Notes: a model not told the origin generated them from the sequence alone. DNA of 52,957 bases from an uncultured Lachnospiraceae bacterium (GCA_964623895.1 CAZUWA010000005.1:1-52957); one strand, 5' to 3'. Positions 19,289 through 29,001 are shown, numbered from the stretch's first letter. A program made the numbers and translations.

Positions 19289-20266
19289 TTACTGCCCTAC
19301 CTTTGAAAGAAGTTTCTGTACCAACATGTTTGCGCCGATCATGATCGCAAACAAAATAGTCGCAATTGCCGAAGCATATCCAATCTCATAACGCTGTCCG
19401 CCGTAGTCATCCAAATGGTGCATGATGGTATGTGCCTTATAGTCAACGGAAGGGAATCCGCAGAGCGCAGTAACGATACTACCAAAACCGAACGAACCGG
19501 TAATTGCAAGAATCGCACCGAACATCAACTGGTGCTTCATGGACGGCAAAGTGACATACCAAAGTTCCTGCCAACGGTTCTTGATGCCGTCCACTGCACC
19601 CGCTTCGTAAAGCGAATGGTCAACGACCTGAAGACCTGCAATGAAAGAGAGGAACGCTGTACCGAGCGATGTCCAAAGGGCGACCACGATACAAAGAGGC
19701 ATGACGTAATCTGCGTTAGAGAACCACGCAATCGGCGAACTGATAATCCCAAGATCGATCAGCGTACCATTGACCCAACCGTAAGAGTCACTGGAAAACG
19801 CCACCTGCCAAATCATGTACACAGAACCCGAAATGGAGGGTGCATAGAAGATCAAAGTGACCAGTGCGCGGACTTTTGGGGGAAGTTCGTTAATGAACCA
19901 TGCAGTCACAAAGGACAGTAAGTAGGATACAGGTCCTGTGATGGCTGCGAAAATAAGCGTATTTTGGCAAGCGATAATAAAGATATCGTCGTCAAGAAAC
20001 AATCTGGTGTAGTTATCCATGCCCAAAAAGATCGGCCAGTTGAGCATGTCAAACTGAGTAAAGCTGAGACAGAAGGACAGCAACACCGGTACAACGGTGA
20101 AACATAGGAAGATGATATAGAACGGCGCAATCATAATGTACGCGATGTAGTTGTTCTTCATTTCCTTAAGAGTCCACTGCAGCTTTGACATATCCTTCCG
20201 AGATACGGCTTTTTTCTTTGCAGGTTTTGCCGTTTCCGGAGTCTTTACTGCGGTATTATCTGACAT
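19289..20266 (-). CDS. carbohydrate ABC transporter permease (MalF-type)
   Basis: LYEAGAVDG EAA motif; multiple TM helices. Confidence 0.93.
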   Translation of the reverse strand: MSDNTAVKTPETAKPAKKKAVSRKDMSKLQWTLKEMKNNYIAYIMIAPFYIIFLCFTVVPVLLSFCLSFTQFDMLNWPIFLGMDNYTRLFLDDDIFIIACQNTLIFAAITGPVSYLLSFVTAWFINELPPKVRALVTLIFYAPSISGSVYMIWQVAFSSDSYGWVNGTLIDLGIISSPIAWFSNADYVMPLCIVVALWTSLGTAFLSFIAGLQVVDHSLYEAGAVDGIKNRWQELWYVTLPSMKHQLMFGAILAITGSFGFGSIVTALCGFPSVDYKAHTIMHHLDDYGGQRYEIGYASAIATILFAIMIGANMLVQKLLSKVGQ

Positions 20267-20311
20267 ATTTCCACTCCTTAATACAGTTTAAATTAAACGG
20301 GTATCCCTACC

Positions 20312-20344
20312 TCGCTTTTTCGGAGATACACTCCGAAAAAGCGA
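20312..20344 (-). promoter_or_regulatory. intercistronic stem-loop after the binding-protein gene (mRNA stabiliser or processing site)
   Basis: Perfect 14-bp inverted repeat TCGCTTTTTCGGAG / CTCCGAAAAAGCGA with no U tract. Confidence 0.6.
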
Positions 20345-20353
20345 AAGATAGTA

Positions 20354-23300
20354 TTATTTTGCACCGGAATTGGAATAAGAAACTTCCTTATAAGCAAGAC
20401 CGAATTCCTGACGTTTTCTGGTCAATTCCGCATTAATGGTCACCACATATTCCTGAATGGAACTAACGGGATCGGCATTGTTATTATAAACATCCAAGAA
20501 TGCAAAGTTGACGTAACGCGAAATAATGTAGGAACCGGGATATTCGGGAACACCAACCAAATTGTCAAACTGAGAAACCAAATTGTCTCTCTCGGAAGAT
20601 GTCCAAGGAAGTTCAAAAAGCGCCTTTTTATTGGCGGTCGGATGCTTCGACTCGGTACCCATTACCGCGGTAACTTCACTTGCATAGTTGGACTGTGCAG
20701 AAGCGCTTGTGAACCATGACATAAATTTCCAAGAATCCCATGTCATATCGCGGTCTTTTGCGCCCTTCAGCATGATCAGACCAGTCGTACCGGACGTGGA
20801 GTCATTATTGATATTACCGGTTGTTTCGTCAACGCTACCGGGCAGAGGAATAAACTCCCACAAGCCCTTGATTTCAGTGGCGAAGAGTGCAAGTTGTGTG
20901 TAGGAGGTATAAGAAACGATACCCATCGGAATTTCACCGGTACGGAAACGGTTGGAGAAATCCGCAGCGATCGGGAACTTATATACCTGGAAGAAATTAC
21001 ACATCGTTTCAAATGCATCGATGGAAAGGTTTTCGTCAAACGAAATGGTCTGTCCGCCGTTGCTGTAAAGGTCTCCGCCCATCTGATAGAGGAACATTTG
21101 GAAACCGGCAAGAGAGGTCGGCATTGAAACTTCCATGTTGTTGGCTTGGAGCACACCGATGATCTCATACAGATCGTCCCATGTCTTAGGCGGTTCAATG
21201 CCCAGTTCATTAAAGATATCCGCACGATAGAACATCATGTTGAAGGTCTGTTCCTGCGGCAGGCTCCACAAAGAGAACTTCTCATAGTACTCGACTTTTT
21301 CTCTTGTGTATTCGCCCTGTTCTGAAGCATCCAGTTTCTTGTACTCCTTTTCGGAAATATAGAATCTGTATCTGGTACTGCCATTCTCGGCTTTGAACTC
21401 GGTATAGTTCTTCTTTTCGTATTTATCCAATTGATCATATTCTTCAAGCGAAATACTAGAAGAATACTTAACATCATACGGCGTATATCTTGCTTGAAGG
21501 TCTGCATCAAGACTGTCATACTTGCTTGCGTCAATGACCTCATGCAAAGTGATCGGAACAATTGCAGAAGCAGAGAACCATGCATTTTCCGCAACGTTAT
21601 CATCCTCTTCTTCACCGCGGAAAGCTGCAATGACATTAGAGAAACCGGTGATATACTGTGCATCATACTGCGGATCGTATTCATATCCGTTTTCCGCGCA
21701 ATATTCTTCCGTACCCATATCGGTCACCTCCACCAACGCGGAACGGATCGCCCAGTTAATGAGATCCGCAGAGCCGTGTCCCATTGAAACATCCGGCCCA
21801 ACCCCCGCCAAAACGGAAGGCAAGAGTGAACCGCCCGCAACCAGTTTCAAGTTGACCGCAACACCGGTATTCTTGGTAAAGTCATTGTTGATCATGGTAC
21901 GGATAATGTTCGCTTGGTCACGACCTGTAGTGGTCCATACAATAATCGACTTGGTGTCATCCGTTTTTTCGGTTAGCCCCAGTGTATCATAGTTAGTTGT
22001 AAAGGATGCAAAGAACATCTTTACTTCAAAAACAATTGTCTGCCAAAAGGTTGCGTTTGCCTTAGGAAGTTTTGTCGACTGCTTATCCTCTTTGGAATTA
22101 CCTGCACAAATCATCAGGTAGTCCAGTTCGAGAGGAGATTCCTGTGCATCGGAAACCCATGTACCAAGTGTACCGAGGTTAGACTTTAAGTTATCAAGGT
22201 TGCCTGCGATCTCGCTTTCATCACCGCCCATTCTTTCGAGCAACTGCGCAACCTTACGAAGCGTCGCAATGTGCGATCCCGTTGCACCGGTCATGTTTTC
22301 AATCTCGTCTGCAATCGCATAAAGTTCTTTTGCTTCTCTGGAAAGCGTCAGCACAGCATCCGGAATTCTTCTGTAGAATCCGTAGTCGCGATCTGCGTCG
22401 GGCGTAGAGCCGGCAAGCATCAGGAATTTGATGTACGCACCATTGATATTCTCCATCGAAGCAGAGACACGGCGAATGATATCAGCCATATCGCCAAGGT
22501 TTGCTTCCATCTCGATGTAGTTCGTTCCTTTTTCAAGATAGATAGAGAATTCAGTATCGCCGTTGGTGAGATAGGAGCTTTGCCATTCATCCGAATAGTT
22601 GAACTTCAATCTGTACGCCTCGGCAAACGGCACGGAAGCCTGCGACTGACTCGCCAATTGCACACGCAGGGTTCTTGAAACGAAAGAACCTTCAATGGTG
22701 TTTTGGCTGAAGCGTGTCGCAATCTTGTAAAAGCCCGATTCGGGAACGGTGATCTCATATCTGACCCACTGCCCTATTGCACTCCATTTCTTCTGGTCGC
22801 CGGAACCCGCACCGCCGAGAGTATTCAAATATTGAACGGAAGGGTGCTGCGGAGAAGTGACGGAAGACGTCCGGTCATTGGTCGGATAAATAGTTGCATC
22901 GGAAGTTGCGCTTGGATATTCCGCTTCCAACTTGATGTATTTCAGTGTAGTCGATGCTTTATCCTTGATATAGGAACTGGGCACTCTATCGCTATACTTG
23001 TCAGCAGCACTCTGAAGATTTGCCAAGATCTTGTCATTATGTTCCTTGGCCGCATCAGCGATCTGATCCTCCGTCACATCGACGGCACCCGCAGAGATGT
23101 ACTGATTGATATACTCTTCATAGGTTGGAAGAGTTTCTGCAGGCACAAGATTGATCTCGGAAATGATCACAGATTCTCTCTGTGCGTACAACTGCAGTGT
23201 GTGCTCCCCTTCAGTAAAATAGAATTCCAAAGGTTCGACATACGAACCGGTAGAATCCTGAACGGAAATGGTTCTCCAACAAGGAACCAGTTCTGTATCC

Positions 23301-24274
23301 GGGCGGATCTCATTGCCGTTGATATCGGGCATGAAGCATCCTTCACCCATTATATCGTAAACTTTGTTTCCGTTTTCATCAGTAACGTAGTTCCGATAGG
23401 TTTTGGTCATGGTGACATATGTTGCTTCGTAATACGGGATCTCTCCGTCAATATAAATGGAGCGCTCGATAGAAGTCTTCTTGCTACCCTCTTCATTGAT
23501 CGAATAATAACGGATCTGCAGAGTATAATAGCCCGCTTGCCCCTGAGGAATGGTCACCTTCCAACCTGCCGCGTCGTGATCGGGCAGGTAGATACCATCC
23601 TTAGAGTTGGTCAACTCATCCTTATATTCGTCGGGAAGCGTTCCGTCGTAAACCTCAATATATTTTCTGGTGAAGTTTTTGAGGTATGTGTTGATATTAT
23701 TGAGAAGTGCCAAATCTTTTTCCTGCTCCTCAGTGAGAGTCGCGGAATATTTTTCATCATCATACTCATGGAAAACATCCGGATTCTGCAGATAGTGCGC
23801 ATATTCGGTGTAATCCCCATAGATCTTGTTGCTGATCGTATCAGCACTCATATTCGGAGAGGAGAGGCTGAAGCTGGAAACAGATGGGTTGTTCTTGATG
23901 AAATCATCAATGTTCTGAAGTGTTTCAATCAAGTTGGCGGAGGTAGAATTAACCTTCGCATCCTCATTGATGAACTTTTTCAGAACATCAGGACTGCACA
24001 AGACATTCTTAACATAGTTCGGATCATTCAACGATGAAGAAACATCAAAGGAGAAATCGTCAATGACATCGATCTTAATAGTAGATGATGCATTGTTGGG
24101 ATCGGAAGAATGACGAGACAGATATTCCTCATAACGAATTGCTGTCAAGATATCCTTCAACTCACCCACGTTTTGGATATCATCCGCACCGAACGAGACA
24201 ACACTAAAGCCGCCGAAAAGCATGAGCGTCGCCAAAAGCGCAGACAAAATTCTGAGTACTGTGGTTTTGCGCAT
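20354..24274 (-). CDS. giant extracellular solute-binding protein (SBP_bac_1/8 C-terminal domain, CBM-like beta-sandwich N-terminal domains)
   Basis: Signal peptide; GRDQANII, GPDV, PQEQTFNMMFYRADIF, PPKTWDDL, FRTGEIPMGI; CBM-like W.VTIP...YTLQIRY and WVRYEITVPESGFY. Confidence 0.88.
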   Translation of the reverse strand: MRKTTVLRILSALLATLMLFGGFSVVSFGADDIQNVGELKDILTAIRYEEYLSRHSSDPNNASSTIKIDVIDDFSFDVSSSLNDPNYVKNVLCSPDVLKKFINEDAKVNSTSANLIETLQNIDDFIKNNPSVSSFSLSSPNMSADTISNKIYGDYTEYAHYLQNPDVFHEYDDEKYSATLTEEQEKDLALLNNINTYLKNFTRKYIEVYDGTLPDEYKDELTNSKDGIYLPDHDAAGWKVTIPQGQAGYYTLQIRYYSINEEGSKKTSIERSIYIDGEIPYYEATYVTMTKTYRNYVTDENGNKVYDIMGEGCFMPDINGNEIRPDTELVPCWRTISVQDSTGSYVEPLEFYFTEGEHTLQLYAQRESVIISEINLVPAETLPTYEEYINQYISAGAVDVTEDQIADAAKEHNDKILANLQSAADKYSDRVPSSYIKDKASTTLKYIKLEAEYPSATSDATIYPTNDRTSSVTSPQHPSVQYLNTLGGAGSGDQKKWSAIGQWVRYEITVPESGFYKIATRFSQNTIEGSFVSRTLRVQLASQSQASVPFAEAYRLKFNYSDEWQSSYLTNGDTEFSIYLEKGTNYIEMEANLGDMADIIRRVSASMENINGAYIKFLMLAGSTPDADRDYGFYRRIPDAVLTLSREAKELYAIADEIENMTGATGSHIATLRKVAQLLERMGGDESEIAGNLDNLKSNLGTLGTWVSDAQESPLELDYLMICAGNSKEDKQSTKLPKANATFWQTIVFEVKMFFASFTTNYDTLGLTEKTDDTKSIIVWTTTGRDQANIIRTMINNDFTKNTGVAVNLKLVAGGSLLPSVLAGVGPDVSMGHGSADLINWAIRSALVEVTDMGTEEYCAENGYEYDPQYDAQYITGFSNVIAAFRGEEEDDNVAENAWFSASAIVPITLHEVIDASKYDSLDADLQARYTPYDVKYSSSISLEEYDQLDKYEKKNYTEFKAENGSTRYRFYISEKEYKKLDASEQGEYTREKVEYYEKFSLWSLPQEQTFNMMFYRADIFNELGIEPPKTWDDLYEIIGVLQANNMEVSMPTSLAGFQMFLYQMGGDLYSNGGQTISFDENLSIDAFETMCNFFQVYKFPIAADFSNRFRTGEIPMGIVSYTSYTQLALFATEIKGLWEFIPLPGSVDETTGNINNDSTSGTTGLIMLKGAKDRDMTWDSWKFMSWFTSASAQSNYASEVTAVMGTESKHPTANKKALFELPWTSSERDNLVSQFDNLVGVPEYPGSYIISRYVNFAFLDVYNNNADPVSSIQEYVVTINAELTRKRQEFGLAYKEVSYSNSGAK

Positions 24275-24497
24275 GGTAAAAAACCATTCCTTTCTTGAGA
24301 TAAAAAACGCCCGCGATCTTCTAATAAGGTCGGGTCCTCCGAAAAAAGCCGTTATCGATTACAGATCGGTGAAATGGTTCCGCCGTACAGCGGCTTCTTT
24401 CAGGCGTTCGGTCACCCAACGGGACTTTTGAAAATCTGTGAGCATTTAAGCGAATCCACACCTCGCGCAAGGCAGTGCATCCGCTTGTTCGAAAGAT

Positions 24498-24526
24498 ATA
24501 ATATCACAGAGAAGCAAAATTGTCAA
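24498..24526 (-). promoter_or_regulatory. sigma-A promoter of the ABC cluster
   Basis: TTGACA-17nt-TATTAT with extended TG; leaves a leader of about 215 nt. Confidence 0.75.
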
Positions 24527-24997
24527 GAACGTAAATTTTCCTGTTTTCTCGGCACTCGTCGAAAAATTTGAATGTTTTTTTGTCTAAAGTCGTTCGTTTT
24601 TCAACCCCTCCGTGTGTTTCTTGGTTTTGACAAAAAAATAAATTTTGTGGTGTAATTTTAATTTACTTATTTTTTATAAAAATGCATCAAATTTATTTGC
24701 TTTTGTTGCAATTATGAACAACGCCTTTTTTGTGTAAGCGCCAATTGCTTTTCATGGAGATTAAACCAAATAATGTTTCATTTTTCGAATCATTTTATTC
24801 ACAAATCGTTTTGTGTATTTTCAACAAAAATCAACATGAAATTTCTACACTTGCAACATCCGTAGTTTTTTTGTTCACGCCTCTCACTTTCAGGATACTT
24901 TGAGCCTTTTGGACAAAAGAGCAGCCATTCTTTTGTGCATTTCGACACATTTATCTTTTTCTGCCCATCTTCCATGCGATCTTTTTAAATCTTCCAC

Positions 24998-25026
24998 TTG
25001 ATTTTCTATTTGATGTATGATATACT
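24998..25026 (+). promoter_or_regulatory. sigma-A promoter
   Basis: TTGATT-17nt-TATACT with extended TG. Confidence 0.7.
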
Positions 25027-25030
25027 ACAA

Positions 25031-25048
25031 AAAGAACATTTGTTCTTT
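25031..25048. promoter_or_regulatory. LexA operator (Firmicutes SOS/Cheo box)
   Basis: aaaGAAC-attt-GTTCttt palindrome (GAAC-N4-GTTC) between the -10 and the SD. Confidence 0.75.
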
Positions 25049-25066
25049 CGAAAGGAGGCAAGTTTG

Positions 25067-25426
25067 ATGAATACACTCAAATACTATGAAAACTATCGAA
25101 TCATTTTCAAGAGACACGCCCATCTTGAAGGAAGACTGCGTTTTATGGAAGAAAACACCGAGCAATTGCTTTTGGAACTGAACACTTGCCGCTGTGAAAT
25201 GGACGCCATTGAAAACAGTCTACGCAATTACATTCCTTGCACACTGCCCTATCGGAATTATGTCATGGCCCTCGAAGAACGTGAATTTCTTTTCTATCGT
25301 TGTATCAAGCGGATGACAATGTCTGAGACCGCCGAAATGATGGCAGTCAGCCGCGACACCGTCTATCGCATCCGTCGCCGCATTGCCCAACGAAATGGCA
25401 CCGGTTATGACTTTGATGATACGTAA
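25067..25426 (+). CDS. RinA/ArpU/DUF1492-like transcriptional activator (sigma70 region-4-like HTH)
   Basis: AAAGGAGG SD; N-terminal coiled coil; C-terminal EEREFLFYRCIKRMTMSETAEMMAVSRDTVYRIRRR HTH. Confidence 0.7.
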   Translation: MNTLKYYENYRIIFKRHAHLEGRLRFMEENTEQLLLELNTCRCEMDAIENSLRNYIPCTLPYRNYVMALEEREFLFYRCIKRMTMSETAEMMAVSRDTVYRIRRRIAQRNGTGYDFDDT

Positions 25427-25451
25427 TATAGCGTAGTAGCAGTTGTCGCAC

Positions 25452-25496
25452 ATATAAAGAACGGCTTCAGAACCCTTCTGAAACCGTTCTTTATAT
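25452..25496. terminator. bidirectional terminator
   Basis: ATATAAAGAACGGcTTCAGAA-CCC-TTCTGAAaCCGTTCTTTATAT between convergent genes. Confidence 0.75.
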
Positions 25497-25512
25497 GGGA
25501 AACACCTCTTTA

Positions 25513-26343
25513 TTAAAACTTCTCAACGCAAAAACTTCTAAAGAATGCTCCACACTTGCCAATCCATTCTCTGTTGCCGTCCACCTTCGGATTGCCCACA
25601 CAAACCTCATTGTCGCAAGTAGAAAGACCGTGCCCGCCATTTTGATAGATGTGCAATTCAAACGGAATCTTTTCTTTCGCAAGAGCGTGCGCAAACACAA
25701 TAGAATTGGAGCACGGCACCAAACCATCCTCTGCGGTATGCCAAATAAACGCCGGCGGTGTCCGGTCGCTCACCCCTTCTTGAAGATGCAAGACTGTCGG
25801 GATCTTTTCAAGTTCTTCCGCCGTATAACCTTCAAGGAGCATCTCATGGCTTGATGCGTGTCCGAGATCCTTGTCGATCACCGGATAGCAAAGTCCCACC
25901 GCCTTTGGTGCGCAGTCCAGTAATTTCCCGGCAATTTTCCAAATATCCCGGTATTGTACTGCCAAATTGCCCACCAAATGTCCACCCGCAGAAAAGCCGA
26001 TCGCGAAAACCTCTTCGGAATTGACGCGCCACTCCTCAGCATGCGCCTTGATATAATCTATCGCAGTTGCAAGTTCGATCAACTGATCAGGATATCTTCC
26101 ACCTTCATCGTGTACAGTGTAAGTCAGTACGAATGCGTGATAGCCCATCGACAAAAAGCGATACGCAATCGGTTCTCCTTCTCTTTTGCTGACCATTTCA
26201 TAGCCTCCGCCCGGCACAACGACCACTGCCGGACGTCTCCATTCAAGGCATTGACCGTCAAGAGGTTGATCGGCGATCATACACGAGAGTGTCGCTTTTT
26301 TGGTTCCGCATACTACAGCAAGATCAATATCAAATGCTTTCAT
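25513..26343 (-). CDS. alpha/beta hydrolase (acetyl esterase/lipase-like)
   Basis: PGGGY oxyanion loop, GFSAGG nucleophile elbow, EDGLVP Asp, GGHGL His. Confidence 0.9.
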   Translation of the reverse strand: MKAFDIDLAVVCGTKKATLSCMIADQPLDGQCLEWRRPAVVVVPGGGYEMVSKREGEPIAYRFLSMGYHAFVLTYTVHDEGGRYPDQLIELATAIDYIKAHAEEWRVNSEEVFAIGFSAGGHLVGNLAVQYRDIWKIAGKLLDCAPKAVGLCYPVIDKDLGHASSHEMLLEGYTAEELEKIPTVLHLQEGVSDRTPPAFIWHTAEDGLVPCSNSIVFAHALAKEKIPFELHIYQNGGHGLSTCDNEVCVGNPKVDGNREWIGKCGAFFRSFCVEKF

Positions 26344-26488
26344 GATATATATCCTTTCATATTCTTTGTCTGTGTTCTTTATTTATCTTACCATTGGTCG
26401 CAAAATTTGTCAAGACTCATATATACCGCCAAAGGGAGAAAAATGCATACATCTTTTTTCAAAGGAATCGCCGCTCCGCGCCGTCGTT

Positions 26489-28135
26489 TTATTTTTGAAG
26501 CGGAATGCGCACAATCGCTTTGAAGAGATCGCCGTCGATCTCGATCTTAAAACTGCCCCTTTGGAGTTCGGTAAAGCTGCGTGCGATTGAGAGCCCCAAG
26601 CCATTCCCTTCCGATGTGCGGGCACTGTCCCCACGAACGAAACGTTCCATCAACTCTTCAGCGGAAATATTCAATTGCTCCCTTGAAGTATTGCGCAAAA
26701 CGATCTGCGCATAATCATCGACCTGCTTACAATCAAGGTAAACGCGCGTACCCGCTTGGGCATATTTAAAGACATTGTTCATCAGATTGTCGAAAATCCG
26801 CCAAATTAACCGCCCATCAGCAAGCAATACGCAATCCTCCGCCGAAGCAATCAATTCCAACTGCCTTTCTTTCAGTTTCTCACCGTATTCGCCAGTCATC
26901 TGCCCAAAAAGCACACTGCTCTCCATCGGCACAACATTCACCGTAACCATTCCGTTTGCCGCCTTAGACGCCTCAATGAGGTCTTCCGTCAATCGCTTCA
27001 ACTTTCCCGACTGCCGTGCCAAAACATCTGCGTATTCTCTGATCTTTTCGTTTTCGCATTCCTCGCTTAAAATAAGATCGCTGTAATTGATAATAGAGGT
27101 CAGCGGCGTTTTGATGTCATGGCTGACATTCGTGATAAGTTCCGTGCGAAAACGTTCGCTCTTCATCCGCTCCGCAACTGCCAGATTCATACCATTACCA
27201 ATCGAATTGAGATTTTCCGCGGCCTTTTTAAAGTCTCCAATCATATGAGAAGCAGAGATTTTTTCATCAAGTTTTCCTTTTGCCAACCGATCCGTACCCT
27301 TTAAGAGTGTATCAAGCAGGATCGAAAAGTAGAAGACGATCACAAACAGAACCGCAAAGGCAAAAAGGAAAAGTAACACCGACAAAACACTCGCAGATCT
27401 CCCCAGAAAAATAACAAACAAGGCACCCACAAACAGCAGACCCATAAAAAAGATCGACTTGATGAACACAGGCAAGCGGTTCAACACAAGCTTCACAAAC
27501 AGACAGATCAGGCGGATCAGGCGGTAAATAATAGTATTTTTCCACCATTTCCCCTGTTTCAATCGCACGGCAATGTCCATCATCACCACCATCAGTGCCA
27601 CGCCGCAGAGAATACCGAAAATCAAAAGCAATGCTGCACCGCCATAGGAAAAATCCGTAGGAACGATCCTTACCCGTTCAAAAAAAGCGATGATCAAAAA
27701 AGCGGAAAGCGGAATCGACGGTAGCAAAATGTCGAGCGGAATGCGCGTCAAGAAACTGCCAACCACATCGTTTGTATACCGCCTACGGCCTGCGGCAGCA
27801 ATCAAATAGACAAAACTGCCGACCGACTGCAATCCAAAGAGGACGGTAAGAGGCAGGAAATAGTATTTGAGCTGATGGATGACCTTAAAGATCTTTCTTG
27901 CAGCTGAAGCGCCGATACGCTCTGTATTGTAGTATTTCGGATTGCCGATCACACGCGCAAGCATTTCTTTCGGCGTAGAATGGTAGAAAACATCCGCATA
28001 TTCCTCGCAGTATACCGTGCCGTACAAGCTGACGGCAAATCCGATGATTGAAAGAATCGCTATACCGCCTACCACGATCTTTAAGAAAGTTGATCCGAGC
28101 ACCGGATAACGTTTCTCACTGTTCGTTCTGTTCAT
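26489..28135 (-). CDS. membrane sensor histidine kinase
   Basis: H-box VSHDIKTPLT, N-box DNLMNNVFKY, G-box GNGLGLSIA; many TM helices; alternative start 28171. Confidence 0.93.
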   Translation of the reverse strand: MNRTNSEKRYPVLGSTFLKIVVGGIAILSIIGFAVSLYGTVYCEEYADVFYHSTPKEMLARVIGNPKYYNTERIGASAARKIFKVIHQLKYYFLPLTVLFGLQSVGSFVYLIAAAGRRRYTNDVVGSFLTRIPLDILLPSIPLSAFLIIAFFERVRIVPTDFSYGGAALLLIFGILCGVALMVVMMDIAVRLKQGKWWKNTIIYRLIRLICLFVKLVLNRLPVFIKSIFFMGLLFVGALFVIFLGRSASVLSVLLFLFAFAVLFVIVFYFSILLDTLLKGTDRLAKGKLDEKISASHMIGDFKKAAENLNSIGNGMNLAVAERMKSERFRTELITNVSHDIKTPLTSIINYSDLILSEECENEKIREYADVLARQSGKLKRLTEDLIEASKAANGMVTVNVVPMESSVLFGQMTGEYGEKLKERQLELIASAEDCVLLADGRLIWRIFDNLMNNVFKYAQAGTRVYLDCKQVDDYAQIVLRNTSREQLNISAEELMERFVRGDSARTSEGNGLGLSIARSFTELQRGSFKIEIDGDLFKAIVRIPLQK

Positions 28136-28172
28136 TTTTTCATTCTCCTCTCGTAAAGTCAACCGGTTCATT

Positions 28173-28862
28173 TTACTTGCTTTGTAATTTATAACCCTGT
28201 CCCCACACTACTGTGATATAACGCGGATGCGACGGATCGATCTCTATTTTTTCTCTTAAATGCCTAATGTGTACTGCCACGGTGTTTTCACATCCGAGCG
28301 GCGCGTCTTCCCAAACGGCGGTATAAATCTCTTTCGGGGAAAACACTTTACCGGGGGATGTCAAAAACAGCTTCAATATTCCGAATTCGGTTGGTGTAAC
28401 AGTCAGTTCTTCTCCGTCCAAAGTCACCTTTTTGCTTTCATCATCAAGTGCAATGCCGCCGGCAGTCAAAAGATGCTCCGGCTGTCTCCCACCGCCGAAG
28501 GTCATATACCGACGCAATTGACTCTTCACCCTTGCGGAGACCTCCATCGGTTTAAAAGGTTTTGTAATATAATCATCCGCTCCGACATTTAATCCCAAAA
28601 TAATATCCGACTCCTCACTCTTGGCGGTCAGCAAAATGATTGGGATGTTGGAAAAGCTTCTGATCTCCGCCATCGCAGAAATGCCATCCTGCTCCGGCAT
28701 CATAACATCCATTAAAATGAGATGGATCTCTTCTCGCCTTGCGATTTCAACCGCTTCTTTGCCGTTGTAACAGCAAAACAAGGTATAATCGGGATCGGAA
28801 AGATAAATTTTTAACGCGTTGACAATATCCTTTTCATCATCGCAGATCAAAATACTGTACAT
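28173..28862 (-). CDS. OmpR-family response regulator
   Basis: ICDD, LMDVMMP, GADDYITKPF, winged helix VAVHIRHLREKIE, VWGQGY. Confidence 0.95.
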   Translation of the reverse strand: MYSILICDDEKDIVNALKIYLSDPDYTLFCCYNGKEAVEIARREEIHLILMDVMMPEQDGISAMAEIRSFSNIPIILLTAKSEESDIILGLNVGADDYITKPFKPMEVSARVKSQLRRYMTFGGGRQPEHLLTAGGIALDDESKKVTLDGEELTVTPTEFGILKLFLTSPGKVFSPKEIYTAVWEDAPLGCENTVAVHIRHLREKIEIDPSHPRYITVVWGQGYKLQSK

Positions 28863-29001
28863 AACATCCTCCGTATCTTGTTTTCGGGTACAGTATAACA
28901 GAAATTTCTTTAAGAAACAATAGATAAAATTCTTAATAATTATTTAACCTGTATTTTTTCAAAGAATTTTCATATTCTTTTCTTCGATAGCACGAACGCT
29001 A

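Noticed and set aside
22703-24037. 444-aa plus-strand ORF and many other long antisense ORFs (e.g. 14045-14779, 35550-36239, 46750-47622)
   Set aside because: They lie opposite well-supported genes, lack SD sequences and motifs, and are typical antisense shadows of codon bias
24275-24490. Known riboswitch class (c-di-GMP, c-di-AMP, T-box) in the ABC leader
   Set aside because: Diagnostic conserved motifs not found; kept only as an unclassified structured leader
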